DNA of 57,821 bases from positions 1 through 57,821 of IMG/VR virus record IMGVR_UViG_3300028571_002339; one strand, written 5' to 3'. The translations under genes were made by a program, and so were the position numbers. How positions within the stretch are numbered: the stretch's first letter is position 1; every line of letters starts with the position of its first letter. The notes below the pieces were generated by a model. It saw nothing but the letters and a program-made list of their open reading frames with translations. It had not been told where the DNA came from and did no database searches. This stretch comes from a virus (Duplodnaviria > Caudoviricetes). Positions 27,335 to 37,146 of this stretch are shown piece after piece.

Positions 27335-28563
27335 TACGTTCCAAGCGATTTTAAAAGTTCAATATCGATGAAGCTTTCAAAAGTAATTCGCTCCGCAGGA
27401 GTCGGAGGCATAAACTCAACATCAAAGAGCAAATGTCCGTTTGCGATTTCTGTCACTGGGTTTTTATCAGGATTGTAGTAGCATTTGCCATCAATTAATG
27501 CACCACGCCCGATTAAGGTTCTAATAAAAGCATTCACTGATTCTGAAATTGAATCGATTAATCCGTTATCAATAGGGAAATCGATAAATTGCAACATTGA
27601 GTATTCAACACTTTCATGGAGAATATCTGCTGTTCGTCTGACATTGATAAAGTTTGTAGGATGAGTCGATGCAGGGAATGCAGCCGAACGGTTGCCCCAA
27701 GTTCTGAATCCTGAGCCATACGAATTAAAAACAGTAACAATGCCTGCTTCGTTTAAGGTGTTAACCTCGCTTGTCGGGTCGTTTATCATTGAAGTTAGCT
27801 GTTTTTCAACTCCGACAATTCCGTTGATTTCAGTATTTGAAGGCGACCAATGATAGCCTTTGTTGACATCCTTTGCTGCTATAACACCTGCAAGTCTTTG
27901 AGAATAAGGCTGTAAAACATTTGTATCCAATTCTGAATCGTAGACTTTCAAGTGTGGATAGCAAAGAATGACTCTATCAGAGGAAGTGTTGAAGTTGATT
28001 GTACCTTCCGGTCCTCTTCCGGTAATAGCTTCTTGAACGGTTGTGCCGATTGGAGCATCAACCAAGCCGATTGCTCTGATTTTGTCGCAAATAGCTTTCA
28101 TTTGAGATACCACTGCTGTTTCTTCACAGAAAACAGGAGCGATAATTGTTTTTGGAAAATACCCAAAAAGCGAGTAGCAATCCTCAAAGGCTTTCATACC
28201 TTTTCTTTTGCCTGTAAGAGTATCGACTCCTCCGTTAATGTCACCGATAGTCACATCAGAAACGCTTTGATGTTTCGCAGGATCAAAGACGTTTATAACA
28301 ATTACAACACCTGCACCCTGGTCAAAAATTGATTGCAGAGCTTGAGGAATTGTAAAACCTGAAGTCTGTTCGCCAAAATATTTAACCGCATCAATTTCGT
28401 TCAAAATTAAAGTCGGTTCGTTGATAGTTCTATATTCTGCTGCCACCGATGAAATCGGAGCAGTTCCGACAAGTCCGACAACCGCAGTTTTAACTGTTTT
28501 TATCGTTCTTGCACCTTTTTGTATTTCTATGGTTTCAACACCGTGTAAAAAACTAGCCGGCAT
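27334..28563 (-). CDS. tail sheath protein
   Basis: FLHGVETIE, GLVGTAP, WSPSN, GFRTWGNRS, PPTPAERI. Confidence 0.95.
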   Translation of the reverse strand: MPASFLHGVETIEIQKGARTIKTVKTAVVGLVGTAPISSVAAEYRTINEPTLILNEIDAVKYFGEQTSGFTIPQALQSIFDQGAGVVIVINVFDPAKHQSVSDVTIGDINGGVDTLTGKRKGMKAFEDCYSLFGYFPKTIIAPVFCEETAVVSQMKAICDKIRAIGLVDAPIGTTVQEAITGRGPEGTINFNTSSDRVILCYPHLKVYDSELDTNVLQPYSQRLAGVIAAKDVNKGYHWSPSNTEINGIVGVEKQLTSMINDPTSEVNTLNEAGIVTVFNSYGSGFRTWGNRSAAFPASTHPTNFINVRRTADILHESVEYSMLQFIDFPIDNGLIDSISESVNAFIRTLIGRGALIDGKCYYNPDKNPVTEIANGHLLFDVEFMPPTPAERITFESFIDIELLKSLGT

Positions 28564-28987
28564 TTATACCTCCTTCTTCTAAATCTTCAACGCTTGGGGT
28601 AGTAAGCGTAAATGTGATTTCGTACTGCCAAATACCGCTAACCTCAGACAAAAAGCCTTCTTTTACAGGGGTTAATTTTGAGCAACCTACGATTTTATAT
28701 CCGCATAAAACCTGCTTAATTTTGTCTAAAACTTCATAAGCACCATTGTTGGAGCGGAGGTTACGAGTGACAATAGTTAAGGCAAAGTCCATTTTTTTAT
28801 CCTGAGAAATAAAGCCAAGTGCATTTGTAGTTGAATAATTTCCACCACGATAATGAACGAGAATTGCACCGACAGGATGAAGCAAGGTGAATTCCTGCGG
28901 TTTTTCAGGGAAGCCCTGAACCAACAAGTTAGAAAAATTTGGTTTTAATTTTTCAATTATGGAATTTTCGATTTCACTAATATTCAC
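28553..28987 (-). CDS. Mu gp37-like tail terminator
   Basis: HPVGAILVHY.G, GIWQY; follows gp36. Confidence 0.75.
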   Translation of the reverse strand: MNISEIENSIIEKLKPNFSNLLVQGFPEKPQEFTLLHPVGAILVHYRGGNYSTTNALGFISQDKKMDFALTIVTRNLRSNNGAYEVLDKIKQVLCGYKIVGCSKLTPVKEGFLSEVSGIWQYEITFTLTTPSVEDLEEGGINAG

Positions 28988-29411
28988 TTAGTCGTCCTTT
29001 GTTGAATAATCTGTCTAACTCGGTTTTATTCGTGCGATATTGACCGTTTTGCATGGTTTGATTGTCTTGGGTTTCAAGAGTAATGATTCCTTTTTGCAAA
29101 TTTTCAAGAGTTTTAATTGCATTTTTGTACGCATCGCAAACCACTTCAGGAATTTCTGTCATAATTCTGCGAGAATATAATCTGTAAATGCTTAAATCCA
29201 TTGCTACTACTCGAAGTAAAGGAAATTGGGTATTGAGAGGTAGGTTGTATCTTCCTCTCAAATACCCATCGATTAGGGTTGAGGAGTAGAGTATGGCTTC
29301 CTCACAAACGACTGTGTCAATTGTGTTTTGTTCACAGTTGTCGTTCGTCAGCTGGATTAGGGGTTCTTTTCCAATTTGTATTTCAATGTCTTCAGCGGTG
29401 CAGTAGAACAT
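28977..29411 (-). CDS. Mu gp36-like head-tail connector (DUF1320)
   Basis: YCT..D, LIQLT, IDGYLRGRY.LPL, DLSIYRLY. Confidence 0.9.
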   Translation of the reverse strand: MFYCTAEDIEIQIGKEPLIQLTNDNCEQNTIDTVVCEEAILYSSTLIDGYLRGRYNLPLNTQFPLLRVVAMDLSIYRLYSRRIMTEIPEVVCDAYKNAIKTLENLQKGIITLETQDNQTMQNGQYRTNKTELDRLFNKGRLSEY

Positions 29412-29752
29412 TAAATACCTCTTACGATTCTGATGATTTCGCCTTCTGCTGATGCTGCATCTTGCGCATAGCCGTTTATTTTTTGAGCTTCTGAAGCTAC
29501 GATTGCTCTGCCTGATGCGTCTGAAGTTATTGCTGTACCTTGAACAATTGTTCCGCCTGCTTCAACGAGCAAGATTCCGACAACTCCGATTGGAGCTTGT
29601 TGTCCTGCATCTGTTTCAACATCACAAATGCCGATTGCTTTTGCACCTGCGGCACAAATTCCGCCATCAAATCCGACAAATCTGTGTTTTGGCAGATTGG
29701 TTGATGCTTTTACCGAGTCAATTAATAGAGGTTTGTATAATTTTTGTGCCAT
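29411..29752 (-). CDS. capsid cement/decoration protein (DUF2190-like)
   Basis: HRFVGFDG, VEAGGTI..G..ITSDASGRA. Confidence 0.75.
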   Translation of the reverse strand: MAQKLYKPLLIDSVKASTNLPKHRFVGFDGGICAAGAKAIGICDVETDAGQQAPIGVVGILLVEAGGTIVQGTAITSDASGRAIVASEAQKINGYAQDAASAEGEIIRIVRGI

Positions 29753-30093
29753 TATTTATCACCTCCGTCAGTAGTTGAAGCATCTACGTTTGCCGTATCA
29801 GTAGATACAGTTTCGTCAGTTGTTTCGGTTGTAGTTTCGTCTTTAACTTCATCTGCCGTTGCTGTAGTTTCAGCATCAGATTTAGCCTTGGCTGTTGTTT
29901 TAGTTTTTGCAGCAGTAGAAGTTTTTGTAGTTGTTTTGGTTGTTGAAGTGACTGTATTTTCTTCAATTGGAATCAAAATGTCTGCAAGTTTTTCTCCTTG
30001 CTTTTCATCAAGTTCAATGACATCGCCTATTTTATAGGTCGTTCCGCTATGTAGCAGATTGGTGTTTTTTACCGTATATTTTTTATTAGCCAT
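29752..30093 (-). CDS. phage protein with Thr/Lys-rich low-complexity tail (Mu gp35 position)
   Basis: LLHSG..Y..GDVIEL N-domain; follows the capsid gene. Confidence 0.65.
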   Translation of the reverse strand: MANKKYTVKNTNLLHSGTTYKIGDVIELDEKQGEKLADILIPIEENTVTSTTKTTTKTSTAAKTKTTAKAKSDAETTATADEVKDETTTETTDETVSTDTANVDASTTDGGDK

Positions 30094-31030
30094 TAGTTTC
30101 TCCCTGTGTTAAATCGATTACGTTTGAAATCAAATACCCTGCTTCAGCACCGACAAGAAAAGGAGTATAAATGTCTGTAGCTCTGATATATTTGACTTTG
30201 TTGCCTTCTTTTTTGTATTCATCGATTTGAAGTGCATCTTTTTTACGAACTGTATAAGCAAAAGCAGGGTCGTATTCAGTTCTCGAATCAAGTTTTGGGA
30301 CATATGCCAAGACAATGTTATTGCCCCAAACTCTTACAAATTCGTTCTTTTCATTGGCAAAAATCGATTTGCCGATAAAAATATTTTCAACTTCAAAAAA
30401 TTCTTTAAAATGGTCCAATGTAAGAACTTTATTTTTGTCAGTGGAAAGCATCAGTTTTAAACCTTCATGGTTTTTTAAAGCTCTCCAAACATCTTGCCCC
30501 ATAACTAAAGTATTTGGGTCTTGTCCAATGTTTTTGCAAACTTTATCTTTTGCATTGTCAATCGTTATAATTGGATTTGAAGAGCCATTATTAAATTGAC
30601 TGGTTCCAGATAATGCAACTTTATTAGTATCAGGATAGCTGTTAGGATTTTGGACAAGGTCTGCACACTGTTTTTCGTGCTTTAGCTTTAAGCCTTGCGT
30701 TACAACATTTGTAGCGTGAACTTGTAGCTTGACCTTTTTAGCAGCTTCTTCTTCCTCACGATAATCAATTGGGTATGCTAAATCGTGTTCGGACAAGGTC
30801 GCAGATTTTTTTGTAAAACCTTTTGGGCTGATTACGTTTGAATTGGCCCTAATTGCGCGTTCTGTATCGTACATTTGGAAAGCTTCTTTGTTAAATTCAA
30901 AGATATCAATCTTTTCAAGTTCAGATTCTATTGTCGGGAACAGACTTTCTGCAATGAAAGCATTATTACTGTAACCTCTTGCTACCTCTGATAGGTATGC
31001 GTTAATTCGTAGCTCTTCTAAGCGTCCCAT
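30086..31030 (-). CDS. major capsid protein
   Basis: LSEVARGY.N..FIAE.LFP, PNTLVMG..VW..LKNH, AGYLI. Confidence 0.85.
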   Translation of the reverse strand: MGRLEELRINAYLSEVARGYSNNAFIAESLFPTIESELEKIDIFEFNKEAFQMYDTERAIRANSNVISPKGFTKKSATLSEHDLAYPIDYREEEEAAKKVKLQVHATNVVTQGLKLKHEKQCADLVQNPNSYPDTNKVALSGTSQFNNGSSNPIITIDNAKDKVCKNIGQDPNTLVMGQDVWRALKNHEGLKLMLSTDKNKVLTLDHFKEFFEVENIFIGKSIFANEKNEFVRVWGNNIVLAYVPKLDSRTEYDPAFAYTVRKKDALQIDEYKKEGNKVKYIRATDIYTPFLVGAEAGYLISNVIDLTQGETNG

Positions 31031-32005
31031 CTATATCTCCTTTATTTTTAATAGTGCGTCTTTAAAGGAGATATTCTCTTTTTTAGCAAGGGCTTTAGCC
31101 TGTTTGTATATCTCCACACTTTCTTCATCTGCATCTGCGTACTTTTCTTCATCAACTTTTGTAGTCAATTTTTTCTTTGTAGCAACTTCACTAAACTCAA
31201 TCTGTTTAGGCATTGCAGTGATTAAAGTTTTAAAATCCTCGATGCTGTTGGATGCGTCATCAAACTTTTTAACATTGTCCAAGTCGCATAAAATAGAAAA
31301 AACAGCATCTTTCTGAGCAGGGGTCAAAGTCCCTGTTTCAATTTGTTTATCAATAAATTCGTTAAAATCTTTGGTTCTAAGATTGTCTTTGATATCTTTC
31401 AATTCTTTTGCAAGTTCATCCTTGCCTGCTGCATCATCTTTGAATTTAGCAAGCTGAATACTCAAATCTTTAACCTGAGATTTTAAGTCTTTAATTTCTG
31501 TATTCTTTTTTGCTTTTTCTTTAAAATCGGCAACCTGCTTTGTTAAATCATCAATAGTTGCCTTTAATCCTTCTGTGTCTTGATCTTCTTCGCTGTCTTG
31601 GATTACAGTTTCAAAAATGTATGTATCAGATTCGCCCTCTTTAAATTCGACAGCTTTCATTCCTTTTACTTGAGGGATACTTGCTCCCAAAAAAGAAACA
31701 GCCTTCAAATACGGCTTTTTACCCTCTAACTCTCTGTAAATTTCAATAGAGATTTTTTTGTATTTTCCCTGATTTACAAATTCCTTAAGGTCATCTGATA
31801 AATCTTTAAACGTGGCTTTTAGTACTCCGCCCTCTTCTTTAAGGTTTTCAACCCAACCGTATGCCGGTCCCTTTTGTTCATGGTCAAGTGTAATCGGAGC
31901 TTCGCAAAAACTCGGGTCATAGTTTTTTGCAAGTTCTTCAACTTCGGCTTTAGTAAATTTCCCTTGAGGATAATTACCTGCCTTAAATACTTCAAAAAAT
32001 TTCAT
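31031..32005 (-). CDS. Mu gpI-like prohead protease/scaffold
   Basis: EVFKAG, APITLDH...PAYGWV, YKKISIE, VSFLGA..P.VKG; coiled-coil scaffold C-terminus. Confidence 0.85.
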   Translation of the reverse strand: MKFFEVFKAGNYPQGKFTKAEVEELAKNYDPSFCEAPITLDHEQKGPAYGWVENLKEEGGVLKATFKDLSDDLKEFVNQGKYKKISIEIYRELEGKKPYLKAVSFLGASIPQVKGMKAVEFKEGESDTYIFETVIQDSEEDQDTEGLKATIDDLTKQVADFKEKAKKNTEIKDLKSQVKDLSIQLAKFKDDAAGKDELAKELKDIKDNLRTKDFNEFIDKQIETGTLTPAQKDAVFSILCDLDNVKKFDDASNSIEDFKTLITAMPKQIEFSEVATKKKLTTKVDEEKYADADEESVEIYKQAKALAKKENISFKDALLKIKEI

Positions 32006-32256
32006 TTAGTTTCTCCATCGGTTTTGTGCATTTTGAAAAAATATTTTGTATGTTCGCAGTATAAGCTCTCTTTTTGCACACTCTCAAATGTGCTTGGGCA
32101 GTTCTTTTATGACTGTGCAAGTCCACTGCGAAAGAGAGTGCCCACGAGAATTTGAAGTGTAATTGAGCGATGCGTTATCGTGAACAATAAAAGAGCCGTA
32201 GAGCTCGTTTTCTTTTTGGGGGAATCCCTCAAAAGTCAGTATAGAAAGGATAAACT

Positions 32257-32502
32257 GTGGAACTATCTTTATTATTAAAACTTTTTGAAAGTATCGGCTT
32301 CCCTGCTGTTATTTTTGTTATTTGGTATATCTACCACAACGCACAGGTCAAAACTTTTGAAAAAATTATTTCAAATAATTTTGAAATCCTGAAAGATTTG
32401 GTTGAAACCAACCAGTACAATGCGACAGTTTTATCTCGAATCGAAAGTAAAATTGACGGCAATCTTTGGTGTCCTATTTTAAAAAGGGAGATTTCTAAAT
32501 GA
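32257..32502 (+). CDS. small membrane protein (holin-like)
   Basis: N-terminal TM IGFPAVIFVIWYIY followed by coiled coil. Confidence 0.55.
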   Translation: MELSLLLKLFESIGFPAVIFVIWYIYHNAQVKTFEKIISNNFEILKDLVETNQYNATVLSRIESKIDGNLWCPILKREISK

Positions 32503-32744
32503 ATATTGAAAGAATTCAGCTAAAAGGGCAACTTTCAGAAGCCAAGTCAAAATACAGGAATCTCGATGTGGAAGCAGCGGCACTTATTCTTTTAATCCGT
32601 TCTTTGTTGAATCCGTACGAGGATGACACAACAAAGCAAGAAACAGAAAAAGCCCTTGTTTCCTTAACTCGCTTAAATGAAATAGTCACAGAACTCAGAA
32701 GATTAAAAAAGAAAATTTCTAACTTGGAGGACTATTTTGACTAA
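32499..32744 (+). CDS. hypothetical coiled-coil phage protein
   Basis: Translationally coupled ORF. Confidence 0.65.
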   Translation: MNIERIQLKGQLSEAKSKYRNLDVEAAALILLIRSLLNPYEDDTTKQETEKALVSLTRLNEIVTELRRLKKKISNLEDYFD

Positions 32745-33165
32745 GAAGGATTCCTTGGCGACTTGTGCAGAGCGAATGTATGTAATTGAGCAGATGACAA
32801 TAAATGAAATTGCATCTCAGCTTAAGGTGCATGAAAAATCAATCCGCAACTGGAAAGATGAATATTCTTGGGATAACAAGCGTAAGCAATATTTGGAATC
32901 AAAACAAATGTTCCATGAGGAACTGTACAATTTTGCACGTAAATTAATGATTTCCATTGAATACGATATGGAAAACAACGAAAAAGTTGATCCCGGAAGA
33001 ATGTTCGCTTTTACAAAAATGCTCCCACTGATTACAAAAATCAAAGAATACGAAGATGAAGTTTCTAAAAAAGGAACTGAAGATACAGGTTCAAAAGAGC
33101 TTTCGCCTGAATTTATGAAAACCATAAATGAAGAATTTTTGGGGATAAAAAGTTATGAGCAATAA
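32737..33165 (+). CDS. putative terminase small subunit (DUF1804-like HTH)
   Basis: AERMYV, EIASQL.V..KSIRNWK...W; directly upstream of terL. Confidence 0.75.
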   Translation: MTKKDSLATCAERMYVIEQMTINEIASQLKVHEKSIRNWKDEYSWDNKRKQYLESKQMFHEELYNFARKLMISIEYDMENNEKVDPGRMFAFTKMLPLITKIKEYEDEVSKKGTEDTGSKELSPEFMKTINEEFLGIKSYEQ

Positions 33166-34492
33166 ATATTTTTTACCCTATCAAATGCGTTGGCTAGACG
33201 ATAATTCAAAGATAAAGATATGGGAAAAATCTCGCCGTATCGGTGCAACCTATGTCCAAAGTTTTGAAGATGTAAGCGACTGCATTAACAAAAAAGTTCC
33301 TGCTGTTTGGTTTTCTTCAGCTGACGAATCTGCTGCGAAAGAATACATTGATTACTGCGAAAAATGGGTTAAATTTTTCCACGCAGTTGCTCAAAGCAGG
33401 GGCGAAATTGTTATTGATTCTGAAAAAGATATAAAAGCACTGGTAATTGAATTTAAAAACGGCACAAAAATTCACGCATTATCTTCAAATCCAAAAGGCT
33501 TCCGCTCAAAAGGCGGTAAAGTTATCCTTGATGAATTTGCCTTTCACAATAATCCTGAAGAACTTTGGAAAGCAGCTCGACCTTGTATTACTTGGGGTTT
33601 CCCTTTAAGGATTTTATCCACGCACAATGGACAAAGCTGTTTATATTATAAATTTATCGAGCAGGTACAAAAGGGCAAATTACATTGGAGCCATCACAAA
33701 ACTCCAATTCAAGTTGCTGTATCTGAGGGTTTGGTTGATAAAATTACGCAGAAAAAAACCACCCATCAAGAACAAGAAGAGTGGTTGCAGAATGAAAGAG
33801 ACAACTGTTTTGATGAATACACTTGGCTTCAGGAATACTGCTGTGTTGCCGTTGATGAAGCCTGTGCCTTTTTGCCATATGACTTAATCGTTACCTGCGA
33901 ATTGGACGATATTTTAAAGTCCTTAAACGATACTCAAAACGACCTGTTTGTAGGGATGGATGTCGGCAGAAAAAAAGATTTAACAGTTATTTGGGTATTA
34001 GAAAAGTTTGAAAATATTTTGTACACAAGATGCGTTATTGAACTTGCAAAAATGCCGTTTCACAAGCAAGAAGAAATATTATCAGGTGTTTTGTCCTACC
34101 GGAATTTTAGAAGATGTTGCCCTGATTCGACAGGAATAGGAATGCAGTTAAGTGAAAACGCCCAACGCAAATTCGGGCAATATCGGGTAGAGCCAATTAT
34201 GTTCACCAACCGAATAAAGGAAGAACTGGCTTATACGCTTCGAACTCATTTTGAAAACAGGACTGTTTTTATCCCCAAGCAGCACGAAATCAGAGAAGAC
34301 TTGCACTCGGTCAGGAGAATAACAACTGCCGCAAACAACATTCGCTTTGATGCTGACCATTCGGATAACGGACACGCAGACAGATTTTGGGCTTTAGCAC
34401 TTGCTCTGCATGCAGCCGGCAACGGCTCCGGTGAAATCCATATTTCAACTCGTAAAAAAATGGAAACCTTAAAAATTACAGACGGCTTTTAA
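33155..34492 (+). CDS. terminase large subunit (Mu gp28-like)
   Basis: LPYQ, EKSRRIGAT, ILDEFAFH, STHNG, GMDVGR..D, DSTGIG, HADRFWALALA. Confidence 0.95.
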   Translation: MSNKYFLPYQMRWLDDNSKIKIWEKSRRIGATYVQSFEDVSDCINKKVPAVWFSSADESAAKEYIDYCEKWVKFFHAVAQSRGEIVIDSEKDIKALVIEFKNGTKIHALSSNPKGFRSKGGKVILDEFAFHNNPEELWKAARPCITWGFPLRILSTHNGQSCLYYKFIEQVQKGKLHWSHHKTPIQVAVSEGLVDKITQKKTTHQEQEEWLQNERDNCFDEYTWLQEYCCVAVDEACAFLPYDLIVTCELDDILKSLNDTQNDLFVGMDVGRKKDLTVIWVLEKFENILYTRCVIELAKMPFHKQEEILSGVLSYRNFRRCCPDSTGIGMQLSENAQRKFGQYRVEPIMFTNRIKEELAYTLRTHFENRTVFIPKQHEIREDLHSVRRITTAANNIRFDADHSDNGHADRFWALALALHAAGNGSGEIHISTRKKMETLKITDGF

Positions 34493-34607
34493 GCGACCGT
34501 TTTTGATTTTTACCACCCAATACACCTAATCCGCATTAAAAAACGATTTTAAAACACGTTAAAAGGGTTTTAAAAATGGTTTTGACTAACTTCATAAAGG
34601 ATTTTTT

Positions 34608-36029
34608 ATGCCAAACAAATTATCAGACGAAATTGCAACACGAAAACGAAGCCTGAATTTTTATTCTTTAGGCTCATATTTGCCCGATCCAGATGTGGTT
34701 TTGAGAAAACAGGGCAAAGATGTCAAAGTTTATAAAGAATTGATGTGCGATGCTCACGTTTTTGCCTGCGTACAATCTCGCAAATCAGGGGTTATGTCGC
34801 TTGAATGGGAGATAAAAAACGAATCAGAAAAGGACGAAACTACAGAAAAACTTGAAAAACTATTAAAGAAACTAGATATTTATAAGCTGATTAACGACAT
34901 TTTGGAGGCAACTTTATTCGGTTTTCAGCCGATAGAAATAATTTGGGGCAAAGTCGATAACCTTATTTTGCCGATTGAATTAAAGTCAAAACCTACTGAA
35001 TGGTTTTGTTTTGACGATGACAACCATCTAAAATTCAGAACAAAAGAGCATTACTATGGAGAAGAACTTCCGCCTAAAAAGTTTTTGTGTCCGCAATCTA
35101 ATCCGAGCTACGAAAATCCATACGGAGAAAGAACTTTATCAAGAGTGTTCTGGCCCGTCACATTTAAAAAAGGCGGATTGAAATTTTGGGTTATCTTCAC
35201 TGAAAAATATGGAATTCCAAATCTTGTGGGCAAACATCCCCGTGGGGCAAGTAAAGAAGAAACAGACAAACTCGCTGATTTACTTGAAGATATGGTACAA
35301 GATGCGGTTGCTGTGATTCCTGATGACAGCTCTGTTGAAATCCAGGAGGCAAACAAATCTTCCTCTGCTGAAATATTTGAAAAACTGATTGATAAAATGA
35401 ATGCTGAGATTTCAAAAGCAATCTTGGGGCAAACTCTAACAACCGAAATCGGAGCAAATGGAAGTTATGCAGCATCAAATACCCACTTTGCTGTCCGTCA
35501 AGACATTATTGATTCTGACAGAAAACTTGTTGAAAAAACTATTAATCAACTCCTGCAATGGATTTATGAAATCAATTTTACTAATCAGGATGTACCTGTT
35601 TTTGAAATGTATCAGGAAGAAGATGTCGATTTAACTTTGGCACAGCGAGATAAAATCATTTCAGAATGCGGAGTTAAATTCACTAAAGAATATTTTATCA
35701 AGGCTTTTGGCTATGATGCTGAAGATTTTGAAATTATAGAAAATGCCCCATCCGACTCTCAATTTTCACAGTTTAAGGAAGAACCTGAAATAGAGGGGCA
35801 AGTTCAGATTGATGAATTGTTTAAATTCCTTTCTGAAACAGAATTAAGCATTCAAGCTCAAAAAATGCTTAATCCTTTGATTTCGCTTCTTGAGTCCTGC
35901 GAAAGTTTTGAAGAAGCAAAAGAACTTTTGACAGATAAAAACTTGAAAAGTAAGCAATTTGAACAATCACTTCAAAAGGCACTTTTCTTATGTGAACTGC
36001 AAGGAAGGAGTGATGGATTAGATGACTAA
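34608..36029 (+). CDS. portal protein (Mu gp29/DUF935)
   Basis: DAHV.AC.QSRK, NPYG..LS, EKYGIP..VGK, ISKAILGQTLT. Confidence 0.95.
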   Translation: MPNKLSDEIATRKRSLNFYSLGSYLPDPDVVLRKQGKDVKVYKELMCDAHVFACVQSRKSGVMSLEWEIKNESEKDETTEKLEKLLKKLDIYKLINDILEATLFGFQPIEIIWGKVDNLILPIELKSKPTEWFCFDDDNHLKFRTKEHYYGEELPPKKFLCPQSNPSYENPYGERTLSRVFWPVTFKKGGLKFWVIFTEKYGIPNLVGKHPRGASKEETDKLADLLEDMVQDAVAVIPDDSSVEIQEANKSSSAEIFEKLIDKMNAEISKAILGQTLTTEIGANGSYAASNTHFAVRQDIIDSDRKLVEKTINQLLQWIYEINFTNQDVPVFEMYQEEDVDLTLAQRDKIISECGVKFTKEYFIKAFGYDAEDFEIIENAPSDSQFSQFKEEPEIEGQVQIDELFKFLSETELSIQAQKMLNPLISLLESCESFEEAKELLTDKNLKSKQFEQSLQKALFLCELQGRSDGLDD

Positions 36030-37146
36030 CAAAACTCCCCTTAAATTTCTCGACCTTTTCTCCGGCATAGGCGGTTTTAAAATCGCACTTGAAAATGTCG
36101 GATTTGAAGGCATCGGGTTTTGTGACAACGATAAATACGCCGTCCAGTTATACTTGGCGTATCACAGCAAAGATAATGAGGTTTACTATGACGATGTACG
36201 AACAATCGATACAAAACAACTCCCTGACTTTGATATCCTTTGTGCAGGATTTCCTTGCCAATCTTTTTCAATTGCAGGCAAAAGACGAGGATTTGACGAC
36301 ACCAGAGGCACACTCTTTTTTGAAGTCGCACGGATTTTATCCGACAAAAAGCCCAAATACTTTATTCTCGAAAACGTTAAAGGGCTACTTAACCACGACT
36401 CTGGACGAACTTTCAGGACTATCATTAAAGTTCTCACCGACCTTGGGTATAGCGTGCAATGGCAAGTTCTTAATTCTAAGTTCTTCGGAGTTCCTCAAAA
36501 CAGGGAAAGAGTGTACATTGTCGGATGTCTTGGAACAGAATGTATCGGAAAAATATTTCCTCTCACTGGAATCGCAGAAGAGAATATTAGCGAAATCCGA
36601 AAACATCCGCTGAGTACAAAAACATCCCAAGGCGACAGAGTTTACGAAACTGATGGTTTAAGCACCTGCTTGACTTCAAACGGCGGTGGCTTGGGCGGTA
36701 AGACAGGTTTGTATTTCATTAATAAACCTAGATTTGATAAATACAAAGCCTCAAATATAGTTGAAACCTTAAAAGTTGGCGGCGATACACCATTGATGCG
36801 GATAAAAAACGGAACTAAAAAAGGCTACGATGAAGCAACAATCGGCGATGGAATTAATCTTGCATTCCCTAATTCAAAGACCAGAAGAGGCAGAGTCGGT
36901 AAAAAGGTTTCTCAAACCTTAGACACCCACTGCAATATGGGAACGATTGACGATGATTTCAGGATAAGAAGGTTAACCCCTACTGAATGCTTCAGGCTTC
37001 AGGGCTTTCCTGATGCGATGGTACAGCAAGCAAGAGAGCTTGGCATATCCGATTCTCAACTTTATAAAATGGCAGGAAATGCTGTGACCGTAAATGTAGC
37101 ACAAGCCGTTGCACAAAAGATTTGGGAGGTTGAATATGGAACTTAA
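36022..37146 (+). CDS. orphan C5 cytosine DNA methyltransferase
   Basis: DLFSGIGG, GFPCQ, ENVKG, PQNRER, RRLTP.EC.RLQGF, GNAV. Confidence 0.95.
   Translation: MTNKTPLKFLDLFSGIGGFKIALENVGFEGIGFCDNDKYAVQLYLAYHSKDNEVYYDDVRTIDTKQLPDFDILCAGFPCQSFSIAGKRRGFDDTRGTLFFEVARILSDKKPKYFILENVKGLLNHDSGRTFRTIIKVLTDLGYSVQWQVLNSKFFGVPQNRERVYIVGCLGTECIGKIFPLTGIAEENISEIRKHPLSTKTSQGDRVYETDGLSTCLTSNGGGLGGKTGLYFINKPRFDKYKASNIVETLKVGGDTPLMRIKNGTKKGYDEATIGDGINLAFPNSKTRRGRVGKKVSQTLDTHCNMGTIDDDFRIRRLTPTECFRLQGFPDAMVQQARELGISDSQLYKMAGNAVTVNVAQAVAQKIWEVEYGT
36089..36613 (+). CDS. alternative-frame ORF inside the C5 MTase (M.EcoHK31I beta-like)
   Basis: 174-codon open frame ending ECTLSDVLEQNVSEKYFLS. Confidence 0.5.
   Translation: MKMSDLKASGFVTTINTPSSYTWRITAKIMRFTMTMYEQSIQNNSLTLISFVQDFLANLFQLQAKDEDLTTPEAHSFLKSHGFYPTKSPNTLFSKTLKGYLTTTLDELSGLSLKFSPTLGIACNGKFLILSSSEFLKTGKECTLSDVLEQNVSEKYFLSLESQKRILAKSENIR

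Noticed and set aside
29752-30093. Thr-rich repeats as a tandem-repeat locus
   Set aside because: Low-complexity protein linker with no exact DNA repeat unit
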